Assembly (NCBI GenBank): GCA_046570105.1
Contig: JBKHVI010000034.1
Location: forward strand, 1-30,806
DNA from: Bacteriovoracia bacterium
GTDB lineage: Bacteria; Bdellovibrionota; Bacteriovoracia; Bacteriovoracales; Bacteriovoracaceae
Direction of reading: 5' to 3'
Length of the DNA: 30,806 nucleotides
Shown here: positions 1-8,535 of the stretch, piece after piece
How the letters are laid out: each line of letters begins with the position of its first letter
How positions within the stretch are numbered: the first letter of the stretch is position 1
Program-made: the position numbers and the translations under genes
Notes under the pieces: generated by a model
What the model was told of the DNA's origin: nothing
What the model saw: only the letters and a program-made list of their open reading frames with translations
Database searches by the model: none

Positions 1-2
1 GT

Positions 3-179
3 ACGACGATCCTGATGGATCCCTTCTCGGCGGTTTATACCCAGCAGTGTTCGCTCGATTATAAGCTTGAAGCTGAAACAGGTGATGAGGGCTTTATCGT
101 TGAGAATTTCGCGGGCGATAAATACAAAGGTAAATTCTTTAAGGACACAAGCCTTGTGCCTCAACTGGAGAAGCCATGA
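3..179 (+). CDS. 3' end of a HesB/IscA-like protein (partial, begins upstream of the window)
   Basis: Hand translation of frame 3: TTILMDPFSAVYTQQCSLDYKLEAETGDEGFIVENFAGDKYKGKFFKDTSLVPQLEKP*. The 'D..S..Y....LDY......EGF...N' pattern resembles the IscA/HesB C-terminal half. TGA stop overlaps the LysR ATG (ATGA). Confidence 0.6.
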   Translation, partial: TTILMDPFSAVYTQQCSLDYKLEAETGDEGFIVENFAGDKYKGKFFKDTSLVPQLEKP

Positions 180-1000
180 GAGAAGTTGATCTCGACTATC
201 GCTATTTGCGCGCCTTTATCGTGACTGCTCGCCATCTCAATTTTTCTCGAGCAGCCGAGGAACTTAATATTGCTCAAAGTGCTGTTAGCCGCCAGATCAA
301 ACTTTTAGAAGATTCGGTCGGTCATCAATTAATCATTCGATCTTCAAAAAAAGTTATTCTGACTGAGAAGGGCCAAGCACTCCTCAATACGCTTGAGAAG
401 TTCGAAAAAGACATCGCTCATGTGTTCTTGGGGCAGATGAATCGCACTTTGCGCGTGGGAATTCTTCACGGTCTATTAGAGAACTGGTTTAACGATATTA
501 TTACCGATTATTGCAAAAACAAAAATCTCTCTATCGTGGTGGAAGTTCAACCCATGGAGAAACTCAAAGAGAAGCTTCTGAATGGTCTCTATGATTTGGT
601 ATTCTCTAATGAAAACATTCAAAATGAGCTCTTGAGTTCATTGCGATTATTTGATGAAAAACTCGTCTTGATTTCTAAAGCTGAAATCAATCCTAAAGAT
701 GCCCCTGAATATCCTTGGGTGATGTATAACGAGAATGACAATCTGATGCATCTTTATAAAAAACATTCGCACCAAATAGTTGCCGTAAACTCAATTACTG
801 CGGTGGTGAGTCTGGTGAAGAAAGGTGTGGGAATTGCGGTTGTGCCCGATCATCTTTTAAAGAGCGCCGACAATCTAAAAATCTATGAGCTTAAAGGTGT
901 GCCGAAGGCCGGTGTTTTTATCAGTACACTTAACTTTCAAGTCTTGCCTGAACCATTGAAAGGTCTGGTTGAGTTGATTAAAAAGAAAGCTCTTAATTAG
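176..1000 (+). CDS. LysR family transcriptional regulator
   Basis: N-terminal HTH NFSRAAEELNIAQSAVSRQIKLLE...LTEKG; C-terminal substrate-binding domain with LVKKGVGIAVVP. Confidence 0.95.
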   Translation: MREVDLDYRYLRAFIVTARHLNFSRAAEELNIAQSAVSRQIKLLEDSVGHQLIIRSSKKVILTEKGQALLNTLEKFEKDIAHVFLGQMNRTLRVGILHGLLENWFNDIITDYCKNKNLSIVVEVQPMEKLKEKLLNGLYDLVFSNENIQNELLSSLRLFDEKLVLISKAEINPKDAPEYPWVMYNENDNLMHLYKKHSHQIVAVNSITAVVSLVKKGVGIAVVPDHLLKSADNLKIYELKGVPKAGVFISTLNFQVLPEPLKGLVELIKKKALN

Positions 1001-2840
1001 CGCAGCTGAATCTTCCTGGGCGCACTTGTCCACCCTCACAAAGAGTCATAACTTGATGAGGGGCTTTTGGATCATCATTCAATTTATAGAGTCGCTCCAA
1101 GACTTTGCCTTTTTTCATGCTGGTCTTGATCGGAGTGGGCCAACGTACTTTTACTCCCATGACTTTGGCACCGACATCGAGTCCAAAATGCACACCTGGA
1201 GCAAGCTGCGAAGGAATCCCGCCTTGCACACGTTCATACCAGCGACGTTGCACTGATCTTTTGCCATCTTTTTCCACATACAACATCACCATCGCCCCGA
1301 GGCCTTCGTGATTACTCTCCTTACCTTCGAGATGGAAAACAATCGCGCGGCGATTGGTGAGCGTAAGTTGATTTTCTAAAAGATAAACTCGATTGGTGAT
1401 GCTCGCCTTTCTGATATTCGCTTGGGCAGTTAAAACATCCAATTTTCCATCTTGATTAAAATCGGCGACGACAGTACCGGTGGGATTAACAATATCGAGT
1501 CCCCACTGATGGGCGACATTTAAGAACGCGCGCGTTTCATCTTGCGCAAAAGTCACTAATCTTGAAGCGGGAGGAAAACCAGAGTTATCGACCACCAGAT
1601 CAACCAGTCCATCTAGATTGAGGTCGGCCCACTGAGCTCGTTTATCTCCTTGACTCCAATTATCTGCAGCAGCATCAGACATATATTCTGTACGCAGGAA
1701 ATAAGGAGGATAAGTGGGACGACTTCCAGTTAAAACGCTTGAGCGATCAGAGCCCAAATTATCCCAGCCGTGACTGAGTTCACCTAAGAAAACATCCATC
1801 AAACCATCGTCGTTATAATCTGCGCAAACGGTTGAGAAGGTTCTGCCTCCCCCGGTGGGAACCAAAAGACCGTTGGGGTCAGCAGCGTAACTCGCATCTT
1901 TTCCGATATCTTCAAAAAACCGGGTATCGTTGCTATTTCGAAAACGATTCATCCATAGTTTGTTATAATGTCCCGCCGATGAAGCCGTTAAAATATCAGG
2001 CCATCCATCTTGATCAATATCACAACTAGAGGCCGCATAAGTGGGTTTGGCCTGAGGTGGATAGATATCATCGGCACTTTTATTTCGCTCGCCAGTCAGT
2101 AAATCGGATTGATCGACCCATTTATCTTTTTGGTTTATTAATAAACGATCAGCGGTGGGTAAAAGATTTTTTTTATATTCTTGATACCAATTGCCAACAA
2201 AGAGATCGAGTCTTCCATCAAGATTGACGTCCACTATCACGAGGGTACTTGTCGGCTCGGCGGGAAGATTAAGAAATTTGTCGTCTTTTTTGAAAACCAG
2301 ACGCTGCTCTTTATCCCATGAACCCAGCCAAAGAGTGACAGGAACTTTACTGAACTCGCCTCTTTGATTCAGCACTCCTACGACAACGTCCTTTACTCCA
2401 TCATTATTAAAGTCAGCAAATGCCAAATAGCTCGCTTGCAACACTTCCGGAAAAGGGTTGTAAGTCGATTCAATAAATTTTTTCTTTTCGGGATCAAATA
2501 AAAAAAAGCGCGGCTGAGAAAAATAATGGGGCATGACGACTAGGTCAGGCAACAAATCACGGTTCAAATCGACTAACGCAAAATTGATAGCTTCAACCCC
2601 GGCCAAACCATAGTCTTCAGTTTTATCAATAAACCGACTCTCCCCTTCATTAAGTGTGGGGCCATAATTGGCAGGTTTTAAGACTTCTTTTGAAAGACTA
2701 GCGAGAGATTCTTCGACTTCACGCTCGGAGGGAAGCGCTACATTCTTCTTTGAAGAAGAACAGGAAGCAATGAGCAGGATCAGCACAAAGCTGATCCTGC
2801 GAGAAGCTTTAGAAATTAATGATATCAAGTCCGTACCCAT
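993..2840 (-). CDS. FG-GAP repeat / ASPIC-UnbV (CRTAC1-like) lipoprotein
   Basis: Repeated DxNxDGxxD motifs (DFNNDGVKD, DVNLDGRLD, DIDQDGWPD, DYNDDGLMD, DLNLDGLVD, DFNQDGKLD); C-terminal SNHEGLGAMV...VHFGL...VRWP resembles ASPIC/UnbV; signal KASRRISFVLILLIAS-C. Start placed at ATG 2840 (uncertain). Confidence 0.85.
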   Translation of the reverse strand: MGTDLISLISKASRRISFVLILLIASCSSSKKNVALPSEREVEESLASLSKEVLKPANYGPTLNEGESRFIDKTEDYGLAGVEAINFALVDLNRDLLPDLVVMPHYFSQPRFFLFDPEKKKFIESTYNPFPEVLQASYLAFADFNNDGVKDVVVGVLNQRGEFSKVPVTLWLGSWDKEQRLVFKKDDKFLNLPAEPTSTLVIVDVNLDGRLDLFVGNWYQEYKKNLLPTADRLLINQKDKWVDQSDLLTGERNKSADDIYPPQAKPTYAASSCDIDQDGWPDILTASSAGHYNKLWMNRFRNSNDTRFFEDIGKDASYAADPNGLLVPTGGGRTFSTVCADYNDDGLMDVFLGELSHGWDNLGSDRSSVLTGSRPTYPPYFLRTEYMSDAAADNWSQGDKRAQWADLNLDGLVDLVVDNSGFPPASRLVTFAQDETRAFLNVAHQWGLDIVNPTGTVVADFNQDGKLDVLTAQANIRKASITNRVYLLENQLTLTNRRAIVFHLEGKESNHEGLGAMVMLYVEKDGKRSVQRRWYERVQGGIPSQLAPGVHFGLDVGAKVMGVKVRWPTPIKTSMKKGKVLERLYKLNDDPKAPHQVMTLCEGGQVRPGRFSCAN

Positions 2841-4578
2841 CACGCTCGGCGACTGCATTCGAAACGATTGGAATGAGTGTGTCATAGGTTTCACCCAAAC
2901 GCTTATGGTTCTGAGTAAACTTTTGACGAGCATCACGACAGATCATTTCTGTCATGGTGAGGACGTATTTCTTATCACTGCCACTGACTTCAGCTTTGTT
3001 AAGAATAGATGTGGTACGTGAAAGCACACACAGCATTCCGTAAAGCTCCATACTCATGTTGGCGATGCGCATTTGTGCTAATTCATTGCCGATAATGTTT
3101 TTGCCTAATTTGAAAATGATATTTTCAACGGCGATGGAGAAATCATTGAGCATACGTGAGAAGTTTTCAGCATGACCTAAAAGATCTGGATGTACTTTTG
3201 TTAGCGTTTTTGTGCCAATCATCTTGCCGACACGTTTTCTCGCAAAATCGGCCAAGACTCCTACTGACTTAATCGGATCTTGCAGAACTTTAGAAACATC
3301 AGCGACTTTACCAAGCTCCTTCAATTGATCCGATGGACCCTTGATACCTGAGAGGGCCAAGAAGATACGCAGAATTTCGTTAGTTCCTTCGAAGATCAAA
3401 TTGATACGAGCATCGCGCATGATACGCTCATAAGGATACTCGCGCATATAACCGTTACCGGCAGCAATTTGCATCGCTTTATCAACGGTATCCCACAATC
3501 TTTCCGAGCAATAAACCTTACAAACGGCAGATTCCATGGAGAAATCTTCCAGGCCTGAATTCATTTTGCCAGTCGACATATAGACCACTGACTCACAGGC
3601 ATAGATCGCACAGGCCATCGAGGTGATCTTTTCTTGAATCAAACCGTAGTTAACGATGTAGTCGCCAAACTGTTTGCGCGTTTTCGCCTGAGCGACCGCA
3701 AGCTTCAAGATGGCCTTCATTCCGCCCACAGAACCTGAACCCAAAGACAAGCGTCCGGTGTTCAAAACGTTCATGGCAATTTTGAAACCTTTGCCCGGCT
3801 CACCGATCATGTTGCTGGCCGGAACTTTGACGTTATCAAAGTAGACCGCGCGAGTTTCCGAGGCACGGATTCCCATTTTGTCTTCTTTTTCACCAAAAGA
3901 GACACCTGGCATATCTTTTTCAACGATAAAGCAGCTGATCTTTTCTACTTTATTACCGTTTTCTTCGTGTTCGGTTTTAGCAAACACTGAATAAAAGCCG
4001 GCCATTCCGCCGTTGGTAATCCAGAGTTTTTGGCCATTGATCGTATAAGTGCCGTCGTTATTATTAACAGCTTTGGTTTTAATTGAATAAGCATCCGAAC
4101 CTGAGCCTGGCTCCGTTAAGCAGAAAGCTGCAAACACTTCGCCGCTAGCGAGTTTTGGAAGCCACTTTTTCTTTTGCTCATCATTGCCTTCGTTGATTAG
4201 TGCTTTGTAACCAATCGATTGGTGAGCGCCCAAAGTTGTGGCGATGGCACCATCAATACCGGCAATTTCAGAAAACACGCGAGCATATAAGGTATAATCT
4301 AGTGCCATCCCGCCAAATTCTTCCGGAACACCCAAACCACAAAGTCCCAAGGCCGCAAGGCCTTCGAGCATTTCCTGGGGAATCTTAGCGTCGCGATCAA
4401 GCTTTTCAGAATTAATATTCTGTTGAGCAAACTTCTCAACTGCATTGATCATTTCTTTTGCCATCTCTACCTGAGCATCGCTCAGCTCGGGAAAAGGAAA
4501 AACATCATCTTCATGAATCTCACCGAAGAACATTCCCTTAACGATTGATGGAATTTCTTTTTGATTATCCTGGGCCAT
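2809..4578 (-). CDS. Acyl-CoA dehydrogenase, long VLCAD/ACAD9-like form
   Basis: Motifs AFCLTEPGSGSDA, INGQKLWITNG, KMGIRASET, RKQFG, ERIMRDARINLIFEGTNEILR plus a C-terminal helical extension. AAGGA SD precedes ATG 4578. Confidence 0.93.
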   Translation of the reverse strand: MAQDNQKEIPSIVKGMFFGEIHEDDVFPFPELSDAQVEMAKEMINAVEKFAQQNINSEKLDRDAKIPQEMLEGLAALGLCGLGVPEEFGGMALDYTLYARVFSEIAGIDGAIATTLGAHQSIGYKALINEGNDEQKKKWLPKLASGEVFAAFCLTEPGSGSDAYSIKTKAVNNNDGTYTINGQKLWITNGGMAGFYSVFAKTEHEENGNKVEKISCFIVEKDMPGVSFGEKEDKMGIRASETRAVYFDNVKVPASNMIGEPGKGFKIAMNVLNTGRLSLGSGSVGGMKAILKLAVAQAKTRKQFGDYIVNYGLIQEKITSMACAIYACESVVYMSTGKMNSGLEDFSMESAVCKVYCSERLWDTVDKAMQIAAGNGYMREYPYERIMRDARINLIFEGTNEILRIFLALSGIKGPSDQLKELGKVADVSKVLQDPIKSVGVLADFARKRVGKMIGTKTLTKVHPDLLGHAENFSRMLNDFSIAVENIIFKLGKNIIGNELAQMRIANMSMELYGMLCVLSRTTSILNKAEVSGSDKKYVLTMTEMICRDARQKFTQNHKRLGETYDTLIPIVSNAVAERDGYGLDIINF

Positions 4579-4612
4579 AAACCAATCCTTTTGAGCAGTG
4601 GAAAAACAATTC

Positions 4613-4618
4613 ATTATA
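4613..4618 (-). promoter_or_regulatory. Putative sigma70 -10 element for the acyl-CoA dehydrogenase operon
   Basis: Perfect TATAAT on the minus strand about 35 nt upstream of the start codon; no convincing -35. Confidence 0.45.
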
Positions 4619-4714
4619 GAACGCTCAAGCCTCGCAAGCCTACTGCAAACTAAGAGAGATTTCTGATTGATTAACCGATGCTTTTTGTCGAGTTTGCGCG
4701 CCCGACCATTTCCC

Positions 4715-4744
4715 TTGCTAGTGGCGTTGAAGATGAGTCACAAT
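4715..4744 (+). promoter_or_regulatory. Putative sigma70 promoter of gspC (possibly leaderless)
   Basis: TTGCTA-18 nt-CACAAT, then 6 nt to ATG 4751; no SD. Confidence 0.4.
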
Positions 4745-4750
4745 AAGTTG

Positions 4751-5965
4751 ATGCTAAATAAATTCAAAGACTTCCTTGAAAAAATGCGCGGCAAGTTCCG
4801 ACGCTCATCCCCTCGTGCTGATCAAACTGGCGACATCGAAGTCCCACTTGAAGAGTTAGAAGAGTCGGAGCCAGAAGAGAGCGCTCCTCCGCGCATCAAA
4901 ATGCAAAAGATCAATCGCTTCAGTCCTTATATTCACAAAATTAAAGAATCGTTTGCTCCGCTCAAACTAAAAATGAAAACTGCGCTCTCGTCGATGCTCA
5001 ATCGCAGTGGCGTAGGTCAAAAGCTTCAGCAAACCGATTGGGGTGCACTGGCCGATCGCCTACTCTCGCGCGACTCATTTAATTCACATCACCGTGCATT
5101 TTTGCTCGCCTTTCTACTGATCACCACTTATTCGCTCGGTAAAATTACTGCTCTTGTTCTACGCGGTCGCCCCACCTTCGCGCCTATCACAACAGTCGCC
5201 GAAATGAGAGTGGAAGAAGGCTTTCGTGTGAGTGATCTGAATCAAGTAAAGGCTTCTGATCCTTTCCGCACCAAAGGTGGCACCGGACCAAAGAAACAAG
5301 TAGCTGATTCGAACTGTGAGAAAGCAGATTCTAGAACGAGTCTTCCTCTCAAATTAGTGAATACGGTGGTCTTGCAAGACAGTGTAAAAAGCATCGCTGC
5401 GGTTCAAGTTCGATCGGGCCGTGACCTTAAGCAGTTTCGCGAAGGTGATACCGTTGAAGGAATGGCGAAAATTTTTAAGATTGAGCGCCTCGAGCTGATT
5501 ATTAAAAATCTTCAAACCGGCGAGTGTGAATCTGTCGCGAGTGATAAGAGTCAAGAGTTGCGCAAAAACCTCACCGTTATGAGCAGCGCTAAAGGCGACG
5601 AATTCAAAAAACAGCAGAAGATTAAAGGCATTGAGAATCAAGGCAATAAGTACGTTATTGCCAAGGATCTTTTGGACGACAAACTCAAAGATATTCAAAG
5701 TGTTCTGACGGAAGCTCGTGCCATTAAAATTCAGCAGCCTGATGGAACACTCGCTTTCAAAATCACAGAAATCGAAGCCGGCGGAATATTCTCATATTTA
5801 GGTATTCAAAACGAAGACATCATTACTTCGATCAACGGAAAACCTATTTCTGATTTGAATGAAGTGATGGCCCTATTCGGTAGAATTAAAAACTTAGACC
5901 AGCTCCAGTTGGGTGTACGCCGGGATGGCGAAGAAACTCAAATGGAATATGTAATGAAAAAATAG
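4751..5965 (+). CDS. gspC: Type II secretion system protein C (TM, HR and PDZ domains)
   Basis: Single TM (AFLLAFLLITTYSLG), HR-like LPLKLVNTVV...IAAVQ, PDZ GGIFSYLGIQNEDIITSING...RRDG; directly upstream of gspD. Start uncertain. Confidence 0.85.
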   Translation: MLNKFKDFLEKMRGKFRRSSPRADQTGDIEVPLEELEESEPEESAPPRIKMQKINRFSPYIHKIKESFAPLKLKMKTALSSMLNRSGVGQKLQQTDWGALADRLLSRDSFNSHHRAFLLAFLLITTYSLGKITALVLRGRPTFAPITTVAEMRVEEGFRVSDLNQVKASDPFRTKGGTGPKKQVADSNCEKADSRTSLPLKLVNTVVLQDSVKSIAAVQVRSGRDLKQFREGDTVEGMAKIFKIERLELIIKNLQTGECESVASDKSQELRKNLTVMSSAKGDEFKKQQKIKGIENQGNKYVIAKDLLDDKLKDIQSVLTEARAIKIQQPDGTLAFKITEIEAGGIFSYLGIQNEDIITSINGKPISDLNEVMALFGRIKNLDQLQLGVRRDGEETQMEYVMKK

Positions 5966-5985
5966 CGTTTCCAAGGATGAGAAAC

Positions 5986-8529
5986 ATGCGTTTACTAGCA
6001 CCACCACGTATTCTAATCACGACGTTTGTCGCACTCTTACTCGTGGGGGATGCTGAAGCACAGTTTAACAAGTATCGCTCTCGCTCGCGCTTTGCCGCGC
6101 CTGAAAACAATAATGCAGCTGCCAACGATCAGCTCAATGCCGCTAACAATGCTCCACCTGAAGAAAACTCACCACAAAAGCCCATTGATCTGCAAGGCCA
6201 AGATGAGTTGGACATGATGGATCCAAGTGATGCAGCGATGGTAGAAGCTGCCAACAAAGCTGACAAAGACGAAATTGAAGTCGCTCCGTTTGATGACGAA
6301 GATTCAGGTGAAGAAGATGAAGCCAACGTCACCACCTTTGGTAGCCGCGTTTCTGGCGGAACTATGACCAAAGACGCCAAGTCAAAAGCCAAGTACGTTA
6401 ACCTAAATCCAGAAACAGCTTTTGGTCCAGAAGTTGTTGAGAGCTTTGACTTTCCTGATACCGATATCATGGAACTCACTAAGCACATGCAAAAGCTCAC
6501 TGGGATCAACTTGATCTTGGATAAAGATGTTAAAGGCAAGGTCAGTATCATTGCTCCTACTCCAATTACTGTCGGTGATGCATGGAAGGCTTATCTTACG
6601 GCCTTAAATATGGCAGGCTACACGCTCGTTAAGTCTGGAGCTTTCTACAAAGTTATCAACGCCCGTGATATTCGCTACACTCCCACTAAGATTTATACCG
6701 GTAACTACACACCAGACACAGAAAACTATGTGATGCGTGTGATTGCCTTGAAAAATGTTTCAGCCGCTGAGATTGCTCGTAACTTCCGCCCATTCATGAG
6801 CCGCTACGGTCGAATTATCGACATCAAACAAACCAATACCGTCATCATGGCGGATACCGGAACCAACATTAACCGTCTCGTAAAGATGGTGAAGTTTTTG
6901 GATATTCCAGGTTATGAAGAGACACTGCAAATTGTGCGTGTGAAAAACTCTTCAGCACAAGAGATTGCTAAGCTTCTCGACAGTATTTTAAAAGGCGGCG
7001 GCTCGGGTGCAGCTGGTCGACCGACTGGAACAGCGTCACCACGCTTCGCTGGCGCCAGCGAATCAGGCTCAAACTCTTCAGTTATTAGTCGAATTATCGC
7101 TGAGCCACGTACCAACAGCATTATTGCCATGGCCAATGCTGAAGGCGCTAAACAATTGCGTGAATTGATTCTTAAACTCGACGTGAAACTTGTATCAAGC
7201 GGTTCAGGTCGCGTGCATGTTTATTACTTGAACTACGGTGACTCGGAAGAGCTCGCTAAGACTCTTTCCAGTATTGTTTCAGGCAACGTGACTCAAGGTG
7301 CAGCTGGCGGAGCGGCCCCCCCACGCTTTTCAACTTCAGGCGGTGTCGCTGATAACGCCATCTTCTCTGCAGAAGTTAAAATCACTTCTGACAAAAACAA
7401 CAACGCTCTCGTCGTAACAGCTTCTCCTACTGATTGGCTGACTCTGAAAGATGTGGTCTCTCGCCTCGATATTCCTCGCGACCAAGTTTATGTAGAAGGT
7501 ATGATTCTTGAGGCCAACGTTACAAAAGACAAGGCCTTCGGTGTGAACTTCGTAGGAGCTTATGGTCAAGGTAGTGCTCAACGAGCAGGCCTAGGTGGAA
7601 CAGATCTATTTAATCTTTTGGGCGGCAACCCCACTAGCATCGGCGGCTTCTTCGCAGGCGCTGGCTTCGGTGGGACACGTGAAGTGACTCTTCCTGGTTC
7701 AACCACTCCGACGAAACTTAATAGTGTGAACGCTCTTATTAAAGCGGTCGCCAGTCATGAAAACTCAAACGTTCTCGCTACTCCACAGATTTTGGCGCTC
7801 GATAATACGGAAGCCACCTTTGAAGTCGGTGAAACTGTGCCAATACGTGAGCAAACAGTGAACAATAACGGTGGTACCGTTGGTTTCAACGTTCGCCAAC
7901 AGGAAGCCAAGCTTTCTTTGAAGATCACTCCTCAGATCAACAAAGTAACTCGTTTCGTAAAACTTAAAATCAATCAGCGCATTGATGACTTCCGTGCCAC
8001 CGATCCTTCGGTCTCTGCGGCCGGTAACGGTGTACCTACCAACACTCGTAGTGCCATTACGGAAGTGATGGTTCGCGACCGTGACACCATCGCCATGGGC
8101 GGACTCTTGCGCGACAAAGAAACTGTTTCATTCAACAAAGTTCCTCTTTTGGGAGATATCCCGGTACTGGGCTGGTTGTTCAAAAATAAAGCGCGCAAGT
8201 TAGAGAAAGTGAATCTCTTGTTCTTTATGACGCCAAAGATTTTGGCGCCTTATTCCAAGACCGCTTCTCAAAACACTCTTGATGTCATGAAAGCACGTGA
8301 AAAAGGCAACAAGGGCATTTTTGAGGGTGATGATCGTGATCCGAATCAAAAACGTATTAAAGGCATTCAAGACAAAGTTTCTAAGCAGATTGCAGCTCCT
8401 TTATATGACGAAGAAGATGCCGCTCATTATCGTAACTTGAATGAAGCGAACAATCGCCCTACTGAGATGCCAGAAATTGATGAGTCGGAAACGCCAGATT
8501 ACATGGGTATTAAAAATAGTATTGAGTGA
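5986..8529 (+). CDS. gspD: Type II secretion system secretin
   Basis: Signal peptide; N0 (FDFPDTDI...GKVSII); N1-N3 repeats; secretin motifs LDIPRDQVYVEGMILE, NVLATPQILALDNTEA, GGL...KVPLLGDIPVLGWLFK. AAGGA SD favours ATG 5986 over 5977. Confidence 0.95.
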   Translation: MRLLAPPRILITTFVALLLVGDAEAQFNKYRSRSRFAAPENNNAAANDQLNAANNAPPEENSPQKPIDLQGQDELDMMDPSDAAMVEAANKADKDEIEVAPFDDEDSGEEDEANVTTFGSRVSGGTMTKDAKSKAKYVNLNPETAFGPEVVESFDFPDTDIMELTKHMQKLTGINLILDKDVKGKVSIIAPTPITVGDAWKAYLTALNMAGYTLVKSGAFYKVINARDIRYTPTKIYTGNYTPDTENYVMRVIALKNVSAAEIARNFRPFMSRYGRIIDIKQTNTVIMADTGTNINRLVKMVKFLDIPGYEETLQIVRVKNSSAQEIAKLLDSILKGGGSGAAGRPTGTASPRFAGASESGSNSSVISRIIAEPRTNSIIAMANAEGAKQLRELILKLDVKLVSSGSGRVHVYYLNYGDSEELAKTLSSIVSGNVTQGAAGGAAPPRFSTSGGVADNAIFSAEVKITSDKNNNALVVTASPTDWLTLKDVVSRLDIPRDQVYVEGMILEANVTKDKAFGVNFVGAYGQGSAQRAGLGGTDLFNLLGGNPTSIGGFFAGAGFGGTREVTLPGSTTPTKLNSVNALIKAVASHENSNVLATPQILALDNTEATFEVGETVPIREQTVNNNGGTVGFNVRQQEAKLSLKITPQINKVTRFVKLKINQRIDDFRATDPSVSAAGNGVPTNTRSAITEVMVRDRDTIAMGGLLRDKETVSFNKVPLLGDIPVLGWLFKNKARKLEKVNLLFFMTPKILAPYSKTASQNTLDVMKAREKGNKGIFEGDDRDPNQKRIKGIQDKVSKQIAAPLYDEEDAAHYRNLNEANNRPTEMPEIDESETPDYMGIKNSIE

Positions 8530-8535
8530 GGCACT

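Noticed and set aside
2841..2936. N-terminal extension of the FG-GAP lipoprotein
   Set aside because: Deep overlap with the acyl-CoA dehydrogenase and would make the signal peptide implausibly long.
4626..4697. CAAGCCT direct repeat (4626, 4635) and GCAAACT/AGTTTGC inverted pair in the divergent promoter region
   Set aside because: Only 7-bp matches, compatible with chance; no regulator can be assigned.
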